From Candidatus Krumholzibacteriota bacterium (GTDB lineage Bacteria > Krumholzibacteriota > Krumholzibacteriia > JAJRXK01): DNA of 64,000 nucleotides. This document shows, in pieces, positions 10,078 to 22,100 of the stretch. The translations under genes were made by a program, and so were the position numbers. Position 1 is the first letter of the stretch, and each line of letters opens with the position of its first letter. Under the pieces are notes generated by a model. The model did not search any database. It was not told the DNA's origin and was given only the letters and a program-made list of their open reading frames with translations. The stretch lies in the NCBI GenBank assembly GCA_963727455.1, contig CAVSGG010000012.1, positions 64,001-128,000 of the forward strand, given 5' to 3'.

Positions 10078-11541
10078 ATGCCCACGACCTCGTTGAACAT
10101 TCCTGTCGCGCTGGATCCTCTGCAGGTGGCGAGCGGGCTGGCCGAGCGTCCCGGCACGCTGCTCTTGCATACACAGCGGCCCTGGGGGCGCTACCGGCGT
10201 TCCGCGCTTCTCTTCGACCCACGCTGGGTGCTACGCCAACGCGCCTCAGAGACGCCGCAGTGGAGCGGAGAAGTGCCGGCAGGGGAACCCCCGGCCGAGG
10301 ACGCCGACCGCTTGATGGGAAAACTGGCAGATCTTTGGCCACTTGACCCAGCCCCTCGAGCCCACTTCACCGGGCTCGCCGGTTGCCTGAGCTTCGAACT
10401 GGGCAGCGCCCGCTATGGTCTGAGGGCAGCCCAAGCTCCCCCTTTCGACCTACCAGATGCCTGGATCGGCGCCTTCGATCTGGCGCTGGTCTTCGGCACG
10501 GACGAGCCGACCCGTCTCATCGTTTCCGATCTGTATCCACTCGTGCCGCGCCGCGGGCACACCGGAAGCGGAGACGCCACCGCGCTGCTCCACGCGCGGG
10601 TGGAACATGCACTGACGCTCATGGAAGAGGCGAATGCGCGCGCGCTCCGAAGAAACGAGGCGATGCGAGGCCGCCCACGCGCCATCAGGGGCGTGCGCGA
10701 AGCAAGCTTCTTCGACGAGCGTTGGCACGCGCGCGCGGTGGAAAGCGTGAAGCACCACTTGCGAGCGGGGGATGTCTACCAGGTCAACCTCACGGGAATG
10801 GCGACCGCACGCTCGGACATCTCGCCCTTCGATGCCTTCCTGGATCAGGCCGCGCGCAACCCGGTGCCCTTTGCCGCCTTCTTGAACACCGGTGAAGCCA
10901 CGATCTGTTCCCACTCCCCCGAGCTTCTGCTCGGCCTATCCGGCGAGCGCGCCGAAACCGCTCCCATCAAGGGCACGGCCCTCGAGGCGTTTGGAGACTG
11001 GAAGGGCCTGAGAGAGAGCGCAAAGGAGTGCGCCGAGCACCTCATGATCGTCGATCTCTGTCGCAATGATCTCGGTGCCGCGGCCCGCTATGGCACGGTG
11101 AAGGTCAAGGAGTTCATGGCGCCTCTGCGCCTCCACCATCTCGTCCATTTGGTGAGCCGAATCGAGGCGAGAGTTCCCACGGCCAACCGCCCCCGGCTGC
11201 TCAGCGATCTCTTCCCCGGCGGCAGCGTAACCGGCGCCCCCAAGCGGCGGGCGATCGAGATCATCACGCGCCTGGAGACCGGCGCGCGCGGCCCCTACAC
11301 CGGCAGTCTGGGATTCTTCGACAGAAGCGGCCGCGGCGTGTGGAACATCGCCATCCGAACGGCGGTATGGCAGGAGGGCACGGTGGCCTTCGGCTGCGGC
11401 GGAGGGATCGTGCTCGATAGCGATCCTGCAGCTGAGTACAAGGAGGCCGTGTTGAAGGCGCGCTCGTTCTTTGATACCCTGAATACCCTGAGCGCGCACG
11501 ACCGTGACGCGCGCCCCGCGGCCCAGCAAGGAGCACCATGA
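10078..11541 (+). CDS. pabB: Aminodeoxychorismate synthase component I / anthranilate synthase I family
   Basis: GDVYQVNL, SPELLL, PIKGT, AEHLMIVDLCRND, FPGGSVTGAPKRRA, NIAIRT. Confidence 0.82.
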   Translation: MPTTSLNIPVALDPLQVASGLAERPGTLLLHTQRPWGRYRRSALLFDPRWVLRQRASETPQWSGEVPAGEPPAEDADRLMGKLADLWPLDPAPRAHFTGLAGCLSFELGSARYGLRAAQAPPFDLPDAWIGAFDLALVFGTDEPTRLIVSDLYPLVPRRGHTGSGDATALLHARVEHALTLMEEANARALRRNEAMRGRPRAIRGVREASFFDERWHARAVESVKHHLRAGDVYQVNLTGMATARSDISPFDAFLDQAARNPVPFAAFLNTGEATICSHSPELLLGLSGERAETAPIKGTALEAFGDWKGLRESAKECAEHLMIVDLCRNDLGAAARYGTVKVKEFMAPLRLHHLVHLVSRIEARVPTANRPRLLSDLFPGGSVTGAPKRRAIEIITRLETGARGPYTGSLGFFDRSGRGVWNIAIRTAVWQEGTVAFGCGGGIVLDSDPAAEYKEAVLKARSFFDTLNTLSAHDRDARPAAQQGAP

Positions 11542-12422
11542 AGGTTCACCTGAACGGCGAACTCGTCGCTGCCGATGAGGCTCGGGTCTCGCCCTTTGAT
11601 GCCGGATATCTCTATGGCGACGGGCTCTTCGACACACTGAGGAGCTATCGTGGATTCAACTACTTGCTCGCCGAACACGTACAGCGTCTGGCCCGCGAAG
11701 CGGAACTCCTGCAGATCCCCTTCGATTCCTCCCCCGGAACTTGGGACCACCTCATCGGCGAGGTTTTGCAAGCGAACGATCTTCAGGACAAGGACGCCCG
11801 CGTGCGCATCCAAATCAGCCGCGGCGGAGGACCCCGCACCGATCAAGTCAGTGTCGATCCCGAGCAGATGCAGCCGGTGGTTTTCATCGTCGCCACCGAG
11901 GTGTCGGAGGAGGTGTCGTCGCTGCAGGAGCGCGGCGCGCGCATTCTTTCCATGCAGAGCGCATTCGCGCGCGGGAACTTCCCTCAGATCAAATCTCTCA
12001 ACTACTTGCCCAGCATCATGGCACTGCGTTTCGCGCGCGCCAGAGGATTTGACGAAGCCTGTCTGCTGAACCGTCAGAACAAAGTGCTCGAGTGTGCCAC
12101 CTCGAACATCTTCCTCTTGAAGGGGAAAGTCCTGCGAACCCCCTCCCGCCGCCTGGGAATTCTTCCCGGTATCACGCGCGGTAGAATCATGCAACTGGCG
12201 GAGCAGCAGGGGCTGAAAGTCGAGGAGGCCGCCAGTGAACTGCGCGATCTGGTGACGGCGGACGAGGTCTTCCTCACCGGTTCGGTAAAGGAGATCACCC
12301 CGGTGGTGGGCTTGGACGAGGGGCCCGTCGCGGGCGGGCGGGCCGGCGAGTGGACGAGGCGCCTGCAGGACGCCTATCGCGAGGACATCGAGTTGACCCG
12401 CGGCGCTCAAGCCGCGGGCTGA
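11538..12422 (+). CDS. PLP fold-type IV aminotransferase family, probably 4-amino-4-deoxychorismate lyase
   Basis: YGDGLFDT, IKSLNY, ECATSNIF, ILPGITR; overlaps the pabB-like gene by ATGA. Confidence 0.8.
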   Translation: MKVHLNGELVAADEARVSPFDAGYLYGDGLFDTLRSYRGFNYLLAEHVQRLAREAELLQIPFDSSPGTWDHLIGEVLQANDLQDKDARVRIQISRGGGPRTDQVSVDPEQMQPVVFIVATEVSEEVSSLQERGARILSMQSAFARGNFPQIKSLNYLPSIMALRFARARGFDEACLLNRQNKVLECATSNIFLLKGKVLRTPSRRLGILPGITRGRIMQLAEQQGLKVEEAASELRDLVTADEVFLTGSVKEITPVVGLDEGPVAGGRAGEWTRRLQDAYREDIELTRGAQAAG

Positions 12423-12427
12423 GAAAT

Positions 12428-12462
12428 GCCCCGGCCGCGCGCGGCGCGACCGGGGCTTCTTT
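12428..12462. terminator. Intrinsic terminator hairpin between convergent genes
   Basis: gccccggccgcgc-gcg-gcgcgaccggggc (13-bp stem, one mismatch) followed by ttcttt; a second hairpin, ttcccggc-N7-gccgggaa, lies at 12478-12500. Confidence 0.6.
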
Positions 12463-12503
12463 GGAACGAGGCTCCTCTTCCCGGCACGTTCCGCCGGGAA
12501 TTT

Positions 12504-13323
12504 CTACTTATAGCGTTTGATGATGTGGAACCCGAAAGGCGTTTCCACAATTCCACTTACCTCGCCAACCTTCAGCTTGAAAGCCGCGTCCTCGAAGGGG
12601 CCAACCATCATCCCGCGTCCGAAGGCGCCCAGGTCGCCGCCCCGCATCTTGGTCGGGCCGTCGCTGTACTCCTCCGCCACCTTCGCGAAGTCCTCCCCCG
12701 CCTTGATCTTGGCCAGCGCGGAGTCGGCGCGCGCCATGGCCTCCTCACGCGTCCGCGTGATGTTCGGCGGTTTGCGAACCGAACCGTCGTACATGACGAG
12801 GATGTGACGGCAGGAGATCTTCTCGACCTTCTTGCGCAGGATCACGTGGTAGCCGAAGGGAGTTTCCACTGGGTCGCTAATGCCGCCAATGGGCAGTTTC
12901 TCGATCGCCGCGTCGAATTGGGGAATCATGCGCCCCTTCTGCCAAATCCCCAAGTTCCCGCCGCGCTCGGCGGAGGGTCCGTCGGAGTATTCCTTCGCGA
13001 GCTCAGCGAAGTCCTCGCCCTTACGGGCGCGCTCGGCGATCTGCTTGGCCAGTGCGAGTGCCTCTTCCTTGGTCCGAGTGATTGGTGGAGTCGGCTCTCT
13101 GACTTCCCTTGTACTGGATCAAAATATGCGCGCCCGCGAACTCGACGGGCTGCGCAGGGGTCGCGTTCATGCTGTCGCCCGTTGCAGTCTGAGCCGTGGC
13201 CTCTTCCGTGCTAGTGTTCGCGCTAGCATTTTCCTCCGCCTCGGTCTTCTTGCCGGTGCAAGCGCTGAGTGCGATGAGGAGGATCGCCAGGGCGACCATG
13301 ATGTGACGGTGCTTCATTCTCAT
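12504..13323 (-). CDS. Lipoprotein peptidyl-prolyl isomerase with two parvulin domains (frameshift near 13082)
   Basis: Lipobox LSAC; two units each with HIL, EDFA..A.EYSDGP, GG(N/D)LG and VETPFG(Y/F)H. Confidence 0.88.
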
Positions 13324-13342
13324 TCCTTAGAGGGTAATGTAA

Positions 13343-14338
13343 TCAGCCGGCCATCTTGCCCAGCAAATCCACGACCCGGTTCGAGTAGCCCCATTCGTTG
13401 TCGTACCAGCTCACGACACGCGCCATTCCCACGGGATGGCTCTGTGTGCTGGGTGCATCGAAGATGCTCGAATGGGAATTGCCGATGATGTCGCTGGATA
13501 CCAGCGCCTCCTCGGAGTACAGAAGGACGGAGGCCATGGGTCCGGCTGCCGCCTCTTTCATCGCTCGATTGATGTCCTCGACGCTGGCTGGCCGTTGCAG
13601 TACGACCGTCAGGTCCACGATCGAACCGTCGGGTACGGGCACCCTCATGGCCATCCCATCGAGCTTACCATCCAGAGCAGGCAACACTTTGCCGACCGCC
13701 CGTGCTGCGCCGGTGGTGGTGGGAATGATGTTCTCCGCCGCCGCCCGGCTCCGGCGAAGATCCTTGTGAGGCACGTCGGCCAGCCTCTGGTCGTTGGTGT
13801 AGGCGTGAACCGTGGTGACCAGGCCCTTCTCGATGCCGAAGCTCTCGTGCAGGACCTTGGCCACCGGCGCCAGACAGTTGGTGGTACAGGAGGCGTTGGA
13901 AACGATGCGGTGTTCTGGTTTGAGCGTTTCATCGTTCACTCCCAGAACGATCGTCGCGTCGATCGCATCCTTGGCGGGTACCGTCAGCAAGACTTTGCCC
14001 GCCCCCGCCTTGAGGTGCGGTTCGAGGGTCTCGCGGGTACGAAAGCGCCCGGTGGATTCGATCACGAGATCCACGCCGAGTTCCTTCCAGGGCAACTCCA
14101 GGACCTCTCCGATCGCGGTCATGCGCGGACTCTGCGTTCCCGCTTTGAGTACGCTCTCCGAGAGCTCGACTTTCCCCTCGTAGGTGCCCATCACCGTGTC
14201 GTACTTGAAGAGATAGGCCAGGGCTTCGTTGGAGGCGATGTCGTTGATCGCGACGACCTTGACGTCCTCGCGCCGTGAGAGGATACGAAACACGCTGCGT
14301 CCGATGCGTCCAAATCCATTGATGGCTACCGTGATCAT
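13343..14338 (-). CDS. gap: Type I glyceraldehyde-3-phosphate dehydrogenase (canonical)
   Basis: INGFGRIGR, SNASCTTNC, TTGAARAV, GMAMRVP, WYDNEWGY. Confidence 0.95.
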   Translation of the reverse strand: MITVAINGFGRIGRSVFRILSRREDVKVVAINDIASNEALAYLFKYDTVMGTYEGKVELSESVLKAGTQSPRMTAIGEVLELPWKELGVDLVIESTGRFRTRETLEPHLKAGAGKVLLTVPAKDAIDATIVLGVNDETLKPEHRIVSNASCTTNCLAPVAKVLHESFGIEKGLVTTVHAYTNDQRLADVPHKDLRRSRAAAENIIPTTTGAARAVGKVLPALDGKLDGMAMRVPVPDGSIVDLTVVLQRPASVEDINRAMKEAAAGPMASVLLYSEEALVSSDIIGNSHSSIFDAPSTQSHPVGMARVVSWYDNEWGYSNRVVDLLGKMAG

Positions 14339-15384
14339 CGTCTACCTCCCTCCCTTCGGCGCGGTGCGCCGCCTCGCGCAGTCCCAGGATTCTCGTAATC
14401 AACTCGACCACCCGGTTGGCGTAGCCCCAACCGTTGTCGTACCAGATCACCGACTTGGCCAGGTTTCCTCCGATGACGAGAGTGCAGAGACTGTCGAAGA
14501 TCGCCGAGTGCGAATTCCCGATAATGTCGCTGCTCACCACCGCATCCTCGCTGTACTCGACGATCGAGGCGTAAGTGGTCTTGGCCGCCGATCGAATCAC
14601 CTCGTTGATCTCCTCGCGTTTCACGTCACGCTCTAGTAGGCAGGTGAGATCGATGTTCGATCCGTCGGGCACCGGCACGTTGAGCGCCATGCCATCCAGC
14701 TTGCCTTCGAGCTCCGGAAGCACGCGCCCGATCCCCGCGGGAGAGTAGGTCGAGGTGGGAATGATGTTCTCCGCCGCGGCGCGACTTCTCCTCAGATCGG
14801 CTCCGGGGACGTCGGCCAGGCGAAGGGCATTGGTGTAGGCGTGCACGGAGGTCATGACCGCGTGCGCCACTCCGAAGTTGTCGTCCAAGTAGGCGCAGGA
14901 TCGGCGCCAAGCGTTGATGGTGCAGGAGCCGTTGCTCACGATACGATGCGAAGCGTCGAGGGCATCGTCGTTCACCCCGGTCACGATCAGGGCATCCACG
15001 TCCTCGGGCGTCTTGGGCGGGTAGCACAGAATGACCGCGTGGGCGCCCCGGTCCAGATGCCGGGTGAGCATCTCGCGCGTGCGGTATTTGCCCGGTGGCC
15101 TCGATGACCACGTCCACCCCCAGCGCGCCCCAGTCCACCTCACCCGGCTCTCTGGCCGTGATCATCTGAATCTGCCGGCCCTTCACGTACATCGCGCTCC
15201 CCACGACCGAAACCGGGTCGCGGAAGCGCCCGTGGACGGTGTCGAATTTCAGCAGATATTCCAGACCCTTGGGATCGGCCACGTCGACGATGGCTCGGAC
15301 TTCGATATCGTCGCGAGGATAGACGATGCGGAAGATGTTCCGGCCGATGCGCCCGAAACCCATGATTCCGATTCGTACGTTCAT
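14335..15384 (-). CDS. Divergent GAPDH paralog (several frameshifts; end approximate)
   Basis: GIMGFGRIGR, FDTVHGRF, SNGSCTIN, HAYTN, WYDNGWGY, spread across ORF frames 14626-15732 and 13929-15143. Confidence 0.85.
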
Positions 15385-15676
15385 ATCCGCTCTCACTTCC
15401 GATTGTAGAAGACGCGGGCGAGAGTTGGTCCCCCGCGCCGTCCCGATGCGAGGCATCAAGCTAGCGCCGTTGCGCCAGATTATCCAGTCCCGCGTGCCGG
15501 CGGCCCTCTCGACGCCATCTTGCCGCCCCACCCCACAAGTGCTAGTGTGCCTTGCCGCCTCCGGGAAGACCCTGGAGGCCACAATTCCGGATCGGATCGC
15601 TCCCCCGCGGGCGGGGGACGAGAGCGGCGAGACCCGCACTTTCGGATTGCGGATCGCATTCTCCAAGGAGGACGAA

Positions 15677-16796
15677 GTGGCGAAATATCGCATCGCATGG
15701 ATGCCCGGCGACGGCGTGGGCAAGGAAGTCATGCAGGCTGCGCGAATCTGTTTGGATGCTTTGAACTTCGACGCCGAATACGCCGGACGCGGAAATTGGC
15801 TGGGAGCTGTGGATGAAGGAGGGCAATCCCCTGCCCGATCGCACCCTGGAAATTTTGCGCGGCACCGATGCCTGCCTCTTCGGCGCCATCACCTCCAAGC
15901 CCAAGGCCGAGGCCGAGGCGAGTCTGCCCGAAAATCTCAGAGGCAAGGGACACGAGTACTTCAGTCCCATCGTGCGGCTCCGCCAGGAATTCGACCTGCA
16001 CACCAATCTCAGACCCTGCAAGGCCTACCCGGGGAATCCCCTCAACTACCGGGACACCATCGATCTCGTGGTGTTCCGCGAGAACACCGAGGGACTCTAC
16101 GTCGGAATCGAGTGGAGCCCGGTGCCCGAGGAGTTGTGGAAATCGGTCCGGGCCAATCACAAGAAAGCGGCCCGCTTCGATTCCACGCCACTTGACGAAA
16201 TGGCGATGAGCGTCAGGATCATCACCGAGAAGGGAGCGCGGCGCATCGTGACCCAGGCTTTCGAATATGCCAAGAAGCACGGACGCAAGAGCGTGACCTT
16301 GGTGGAAAAGCCCAACGTTCTGCGTGAAACCAGCGGTCTCATGACGCGCGTCGCGCGTGAAGTCGCGGCTGGCTATCCGGGAATCGAGCTCTGGGAGACC
16401 AACATCGATGCCATGATGATGTGGCTGGTGAAGAACCCCGAGAGCTACGAGGTCATCGTCACTTCGAACATGTTCGGCGACATCACTAGCGACCTCTGCG
16501 CGCAGTTGGTCGGCGGTCTCGGATTCGCGTGCAGCGGTAACATTGGCGACGAGTACGCCGTCTTCGAGCCCACTCACGGCAGTGCGCCAAAATACGAGGG
16601 CCAGAACAAGGTCAATCCCATCGCGGAGATCCTCACCGCGAAAATGATGCTCGAGTGGCTCGGGGAAGGGCAGTTGGCACGACGCTTGGAAGGCGCCGTG
16701 GCCGAGGTCATCGCGGAGGCCAAGGTGCGTACCTACGACATGGGAGGCAACAGCACGACTCTGGAACTCGCTGAGGCCGTGGCTGCCAAACTCTAG
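15677..16796 (+). CDS. Isocitrate/homoisocitrate/isopropylmalate dehydrogenase family (frameshift near 15785)
   Basis: AAGGAGG RBS and GTG start; [46 protein letters not shown]. Confidence 0.9.
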
Positions 16797-16804
16797 GAGA
16801 GCGC

Positions 16805-18310
16805 GTGCTGCTTTCTCCACTCGATCTGCTCGTCGTCGCCCTCTACGCCGGGGCCGTTCTCGGCCTCGGCGTTCTCGCTTCCTTCCGGCAGAAAGGAAGC
16901 AGTGAGTTCTTCCTCGCGGGACGCTCGCTTCCCTGGCCGCTGGTCGGCGTTTCCATTCTCGCAACCGCATTTTCGGCCGCATCACTCTCTGGGAGGACCG
17001 GGCGAGGCCTTTCGAACACGGCTTGCTCTGGCTGCAACTCCAGCTCGGCGACCTGCCGCCATCCTGGTCGTGTGTTGGCTCTTCCTGCCCTTCTACCAGT
17101 CGCTGAACGCCACCACCGCCTACGAATATCTGGAGCGGCGTTTCGGTCCGCGGGCGCGCCTTCTCGCCGCGCTGCTCTTCCAACTTCAGGTGGTCTTTCG
17201 GCTGGGAGTCCTACTCTACGGCCCCGCGCTTGGCGCTCTCCGCACTCAGCGGAATCGATCTGCGCATGTCCATCGTGGCAGTTGGGCTCGTGGCGACCGC
17301 CTACACTCTGATGGGAGGGCTGGCCGCTGTGGTCTGGACCGACTTCTTGCAGTTCGTCGTCGTGATCGCGGGAGTCGTCCTCTGCGCCGCGCATCGCCGT
17401 CGGCGGCATACCGGGAGGACTCAGAGCGCCCTTCACCTCGCGCGCGAGCACGGCCGTCTGAAGTTGGTGGATCTTTCGTTCCGCTCGAGCTCCGTGCGTT
17501 CGGTAGCCGGCGCCGTACTGGGTTACGGAATCCTCTCGCTCTCGGTGGCGGGGACCAATCAACAGCCGGTGCAGCGCTATCTCGCCTGCAAGTCCACCGC
17601 GGACGCACGCCGAGCCGCTTTGACGGGCTGGGCGGTGGGACTCTTCGTCACCCTCATCACTCTGCTCTTGGGGGTGCTCTTCTTCGCCTTCTACCAAGCT
17701 CCACGCGCACGAGCTCTCCCCGGACTGGCCCCCGACGCCATCTTCCCCCGCTTCGCGGCGGACCATCTCCCGGCGGGGATTCTGGGGCTCGCAGTGGCTG
17801 CGATCTTCGCCGCCGCGATGTCCAGCCTCGACTCCGCTCTGCACTCTCTCTCCACCTCGAGCGTGGTCGATCTGTACCGCCGCTTCTTCAGCAGCAATCG
17901 AAGCGACATGCACTACTTGAAGGTCGCGCGCGGAGCCACCTTGAGCCTGGGGTCTTTTGGGAATCGCCGCCGCGCTCTACGTGGCGGGCCGCGGCTCGCT
18001 CTTGGCGATGGCGGTACGCTACGTGGGTTATTTCGCGGGACCCGTCCTCGGGCTCTTCCTTTTGGGGCTCCTGATTCGACGCAGCAACGAAACCGGCGCG
18101 GTGAGTGGAGTGTGCCTGGCCTTCCTCGCGGTTGTCCTCAGCGTCAACGCCGAGACCTTCTTCGGCCGTCCGAGCCCCGTGCACGGAATCTGGATCGCAG
18201 CCCTGGGCTGCGCGGTGACTCTGGCCGCCGGGACCCTCTCAGCCTGCTCGCGCCGGCCCCGGCGCGCGGCAGCTGCAGGGACTCGTGCGGGGAGAGGCCG
18301 CGGGCACACA
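16805..18310 (+). CDS. Sodium:solute symporter family protein (multiple frameshifts; end approximate)
   Basis: EFFLAGRSLPW, TAYEYLERRF, GGLAAVVWTDFLQ, QRYLAC, IFAAAMSSLDS across frames. Confidence 0.85.
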
Positions 18311-18352
18311 GCCCCTCGGCGCGCGGCAGAGCTGGACGGGTGGGCGGGATTC

Positions 18353-19092
18353 TCAGCGCATGCCGCGCTGGCTCTTGATTTCCTCGTAGGCCTCTTGGAT
18401 TTCCTTGAAGCGGGTCTCCGCGAGTTCGACGAATTCCTGCGGCAGTCCCTTTCCGATGATCTTGTCGGGATGATACTCGGCCACGAGATGACGGTAGCGC
18501 GACTTGATTTCCTCGGGACTGGCCGAAGGAGAGACTCCCAGAACTGCGTAGTAAGCGCTTCGGGTCGCCACCTCGGCCCGACAGCAGTCCATCCACCGCT
18601 CCCTCTCCCATCTGGAAGATCCGCGCCGCTGCACGCAGCATCTTCTCCTCATTGGGATGCACCGTGCCGTCGGCCGCGGCCAAGCCGCACCAAGAGGTCC
18701 AGCATGACTTCGCGCATGCGCGGCTCGGCCGCGAAGATGCTCGCGAACTGATGGGCGTAGTCCTCGAAGCTGTCCGGACTGTCCTTGGCCTTACGAAAGA
18801 TCTCGATGGCGTAGTTCTGGTCCTGGGCAGAGAGCCGTAATTGGTTGCGCATGAAATCGCGCACCAGAGCGATCTCCTCGTCGCTCACGTGACCGTCCGC
18901 TTTGGCCAGCTTCGCCAGCATGGAGAAGGTGGTGACGAAGAATGCCGCCTGCGCCTGTTGTCGGGCGTCGGCGATCCGGCCACTGGCACCCTCGCCCAAC
19001 TTGTGACCCACCACGGCTCCCAGGATGCCCCCGATGGGTCCTCCCAGAGAGAAGCCGATGGCACCGCCGAAAATGCTGCCGATGAGACCCAC
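18353..19092 (-). CDS. djlA: DjlA-like co-chaperone, TerB-like plus J domain (frameshift near 18675)
   Basis: Gly-rich N-terminus [32 protein letters not shown]...YHPDK. Confidence 0.85.
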
Positions 19093-19153
19093 GGAGCTTC
19101 CTCTCAGTCCTGCAGAATCTGCGCGGAGCGGCGAAGCCGTCGGAAGGGCCAGC

Positions 19154-22100
19154 TCAACCGCGACCTGCGCCCGCCACGGTGTCTTCGACCAGAGTCGCCG
19201 TGGTCGGGAGCAATACCGAGGTGAGGAAGGTGCTGACCAGGAGTCCGCCCATGATCACCAACGCGATCGAGTAGTAGTAGACTCCGCCGATCGTAGGTTT
19301 CTGTACCACGATGGGGACCAGTCCGATGAGAGTGGTCAGTGCGGTCATCAAGATGGGCCGCAGCCTCTCTCGTCCACCCTTCAGCATCGCCTCCTCGCGC
19401 GGCATGCCCGCCCTGCGGTAGGAGTTGATGTGCTCGAGCATCACGATTCCGTTGTTCACCACGATTCCGATGAGCAGGAGCAAGCCCACCGCGGCCGGTT
19501 GATCGAAATCGGTTCCGGTGAGATAGAGAGTCCACATCGCTCCCGCGAGCGCGAAGGGCAAGGCGACCATCAGGGCAATGGCCTGACGCACCGATTCGAA
19601 GAGGCCCGCCATGACCGCGAAAACCAATAGCAGCGCCAGACAGAGATTGACCAGGAACTCGCGTGACTTCTCCTTGTTGCGCTCCTGCCAGCGTCCGAAT
19701 GTCCAGCGGTAGCCATAAGGGAAATGCATAGAGTTCATGGCCGCCGCCACCTGCGGCATGTAATCCTGGCCGCGGCCTTCGCGGTAGCTTGCGCCGACCC
19801 AGAGGCTCGTGAGCCGATTGTCGCGCTGGATGCGCTGCGCTCCCGGAACTTCCTGCAGAGCCGCCATGGAGGCCAGGGGAATCCGCGCCCCGCTTTCGGT
19901 CCAAATGGGCAAATTCTTGAGCTGCGCGAAGGTCTCGACTTTCTGCTCGTCCAGGGTGAGACGCATTTCGCGTTCCCCCTCGGGCGTGCGGTAGCGCGGC
20001 AGACGACGCCCGCGGTAAGTCAGTCCCACGATCTGCGCGGTCTGAGTGGGCGAGACTCCGTAGCGCGACAAGAGTTCGCGGTCGAGCTGGACATGAATCT
20101 CCTCGCTCCCCTCGTCCATGCTGGAGAAGGGCTCGCTCAGACCGTCGATTTGCATCAGCCGCGCCTTGGCCTCCTCCGCGAGACGAGCCAACACCTCGGA
20201 GTCCTCGCCCACGATCTGGAATGCCACTCTCTTGCCCCGATCCATCCGCCACTGTTGGCGGTTCTCCTGCACCTCCACCTTCACTCCGGCGATGGGAGGA
20301 ATGATCTTGGGCAAGAGCGTTCTCACCTTGGCGAAGTTCTCGTTGGTGGCCTCACCCTTCTTCAGGTAGATGCGGGTGAGCGTGAAACGATCGCTCCAGA
20401 AAGAATAGATCGAGCGCGCGTTCATTTCCTTCTTGTGCTTTTCGAGCGCGGTTTCTACCTGGCTCACGATTTTCTCTTTGCGCGCGAGGCTCATGTCCTC
20501 GCTGAAGTCGTAGCGCATGCCCACGAAGAGCTCGGACTGCGTGGTATCGAAGTTCTTGTCAACTCTCATGAAAGGGATATAAGCGGATGCTAATATTGCA
20601 ATTCCAATGACAGGCGCCAGCCAGCGATGGCGCAAATTGAAGGCCAGAAGCGACTGGTAATGATCCTCCAGGCCCACCATCAAACGCCCTTTGGGCCCGG
20701 GGCGGCGCCGCACGAACCAGGAGGTCGCCATCGGGATGAGGGTCTGGCTCACGAAGAGCGAGGCCAGGAGCGAGATACACACCGTGATGCCCAACTCGCG
20801 CAGGTAGATGTTCATCTCGCTGGGCTTGTTGAAGATGAGCGGCAAAAAGACGATGACGGAGGTCAGAGTCGCCGCCACCACCGCGGTGGAGACCTCCTTC
20901 GCGCCCAGGAGCGAAGCCTTCTTCTGGTCCTCGCCCATCTCGCGGTGTCGGAAGATGTTCTCCATCACCACCACCGCATTGTCCACCAGCATGCCCACCC
21001 CCACGATCAACCCCAAGAGGGTGAGGGTGTTCAGGGTGTGACCCTGACTCCAGAGAACCCCGCAGGTCACCACCAGGGAGAAGGGAATGCACATCACCGC
21101 GATGAGGGTGATCCCCACCCGCCGCAAGAAGAGAAGGAGCACCAGCCCGGCCAAGATGGTGCCGAACACTCCGCTGAACGCCAAGTCGCGCAGGGTATGT
21201 TCGATTTCCTCTCCCTGGTCGAACCAGACCAGAAAGTTGACACCCTCCAGCTCGGGATCGGAGTTCATCTCCGCGATGCGTTTCTTGAGCGCGCGGCCGA
21301 CCTCCACGGTATTCGCCTTGGCCTCCTGGGTGACTTCGATACCCACCGCGAAGCGCCCGTCCAGATGGCGCCCGTATTCCAGTGGAGGCTCCGCGTACTG
21401 CACGTCGGCCACGTCGGAGAGTTTCAAACCGTCTTCGCGCAGCGGCAGATCTTTGATTTCTTCCACGCTGCCCAGGGTGGAGAGAGTGCGCACCGAGTAA
21501 CGCCGTTCGCCCTCTTCGATCTTGCCCAGACTCATGTCGAAGTTCGACCCCTGCAGCACGCGCAGCACCTGGCGCACGTCCATGTCGTAGAACTGCAGAG
21601 CGTCGACTTTCAGATTGACCCTGACTTCCTTGGGCGCCACTCCGTCCATCCGCACTTGCGCCACTCCGGGAATCCGCTCCAAGGGCCGCACGATGCGGCG
21701 GTCCAAGAGGTCGTAGCTCGCGCTGAGATCGCGCTCGCTGGAGAGCCGTCCCTCGAGAATCGGCGCGTCGGCGTCGCGATCGTCCCAGTTGTTCGAAACG
21801 CGAATGTCACCCAGATCTTCGGGAAGATCGCGGCGCACGCGGTCCACTTTTTCCCAGATCTCCGTACGCGCCACGTTGAGATCGGTGCTCCAGGAGAAAC
21901 CCAGGCGAATTCTGCCCCCGTCGCTGCTGCACATGGACCACATGTTGTTCAGACCCTTGACCGAGCCCACTGCGTCCTCGACCGGGCGCACCACCATCCG
22001 CTCCACCTGTTCGGGAGAAGCGTTCGCGTAGGGAAGCGTGATGAAGAGCTGGGGACGCTCGAACTCGGGCATGAAGGCCAAAGGAAGCCGCACCAGGGCG

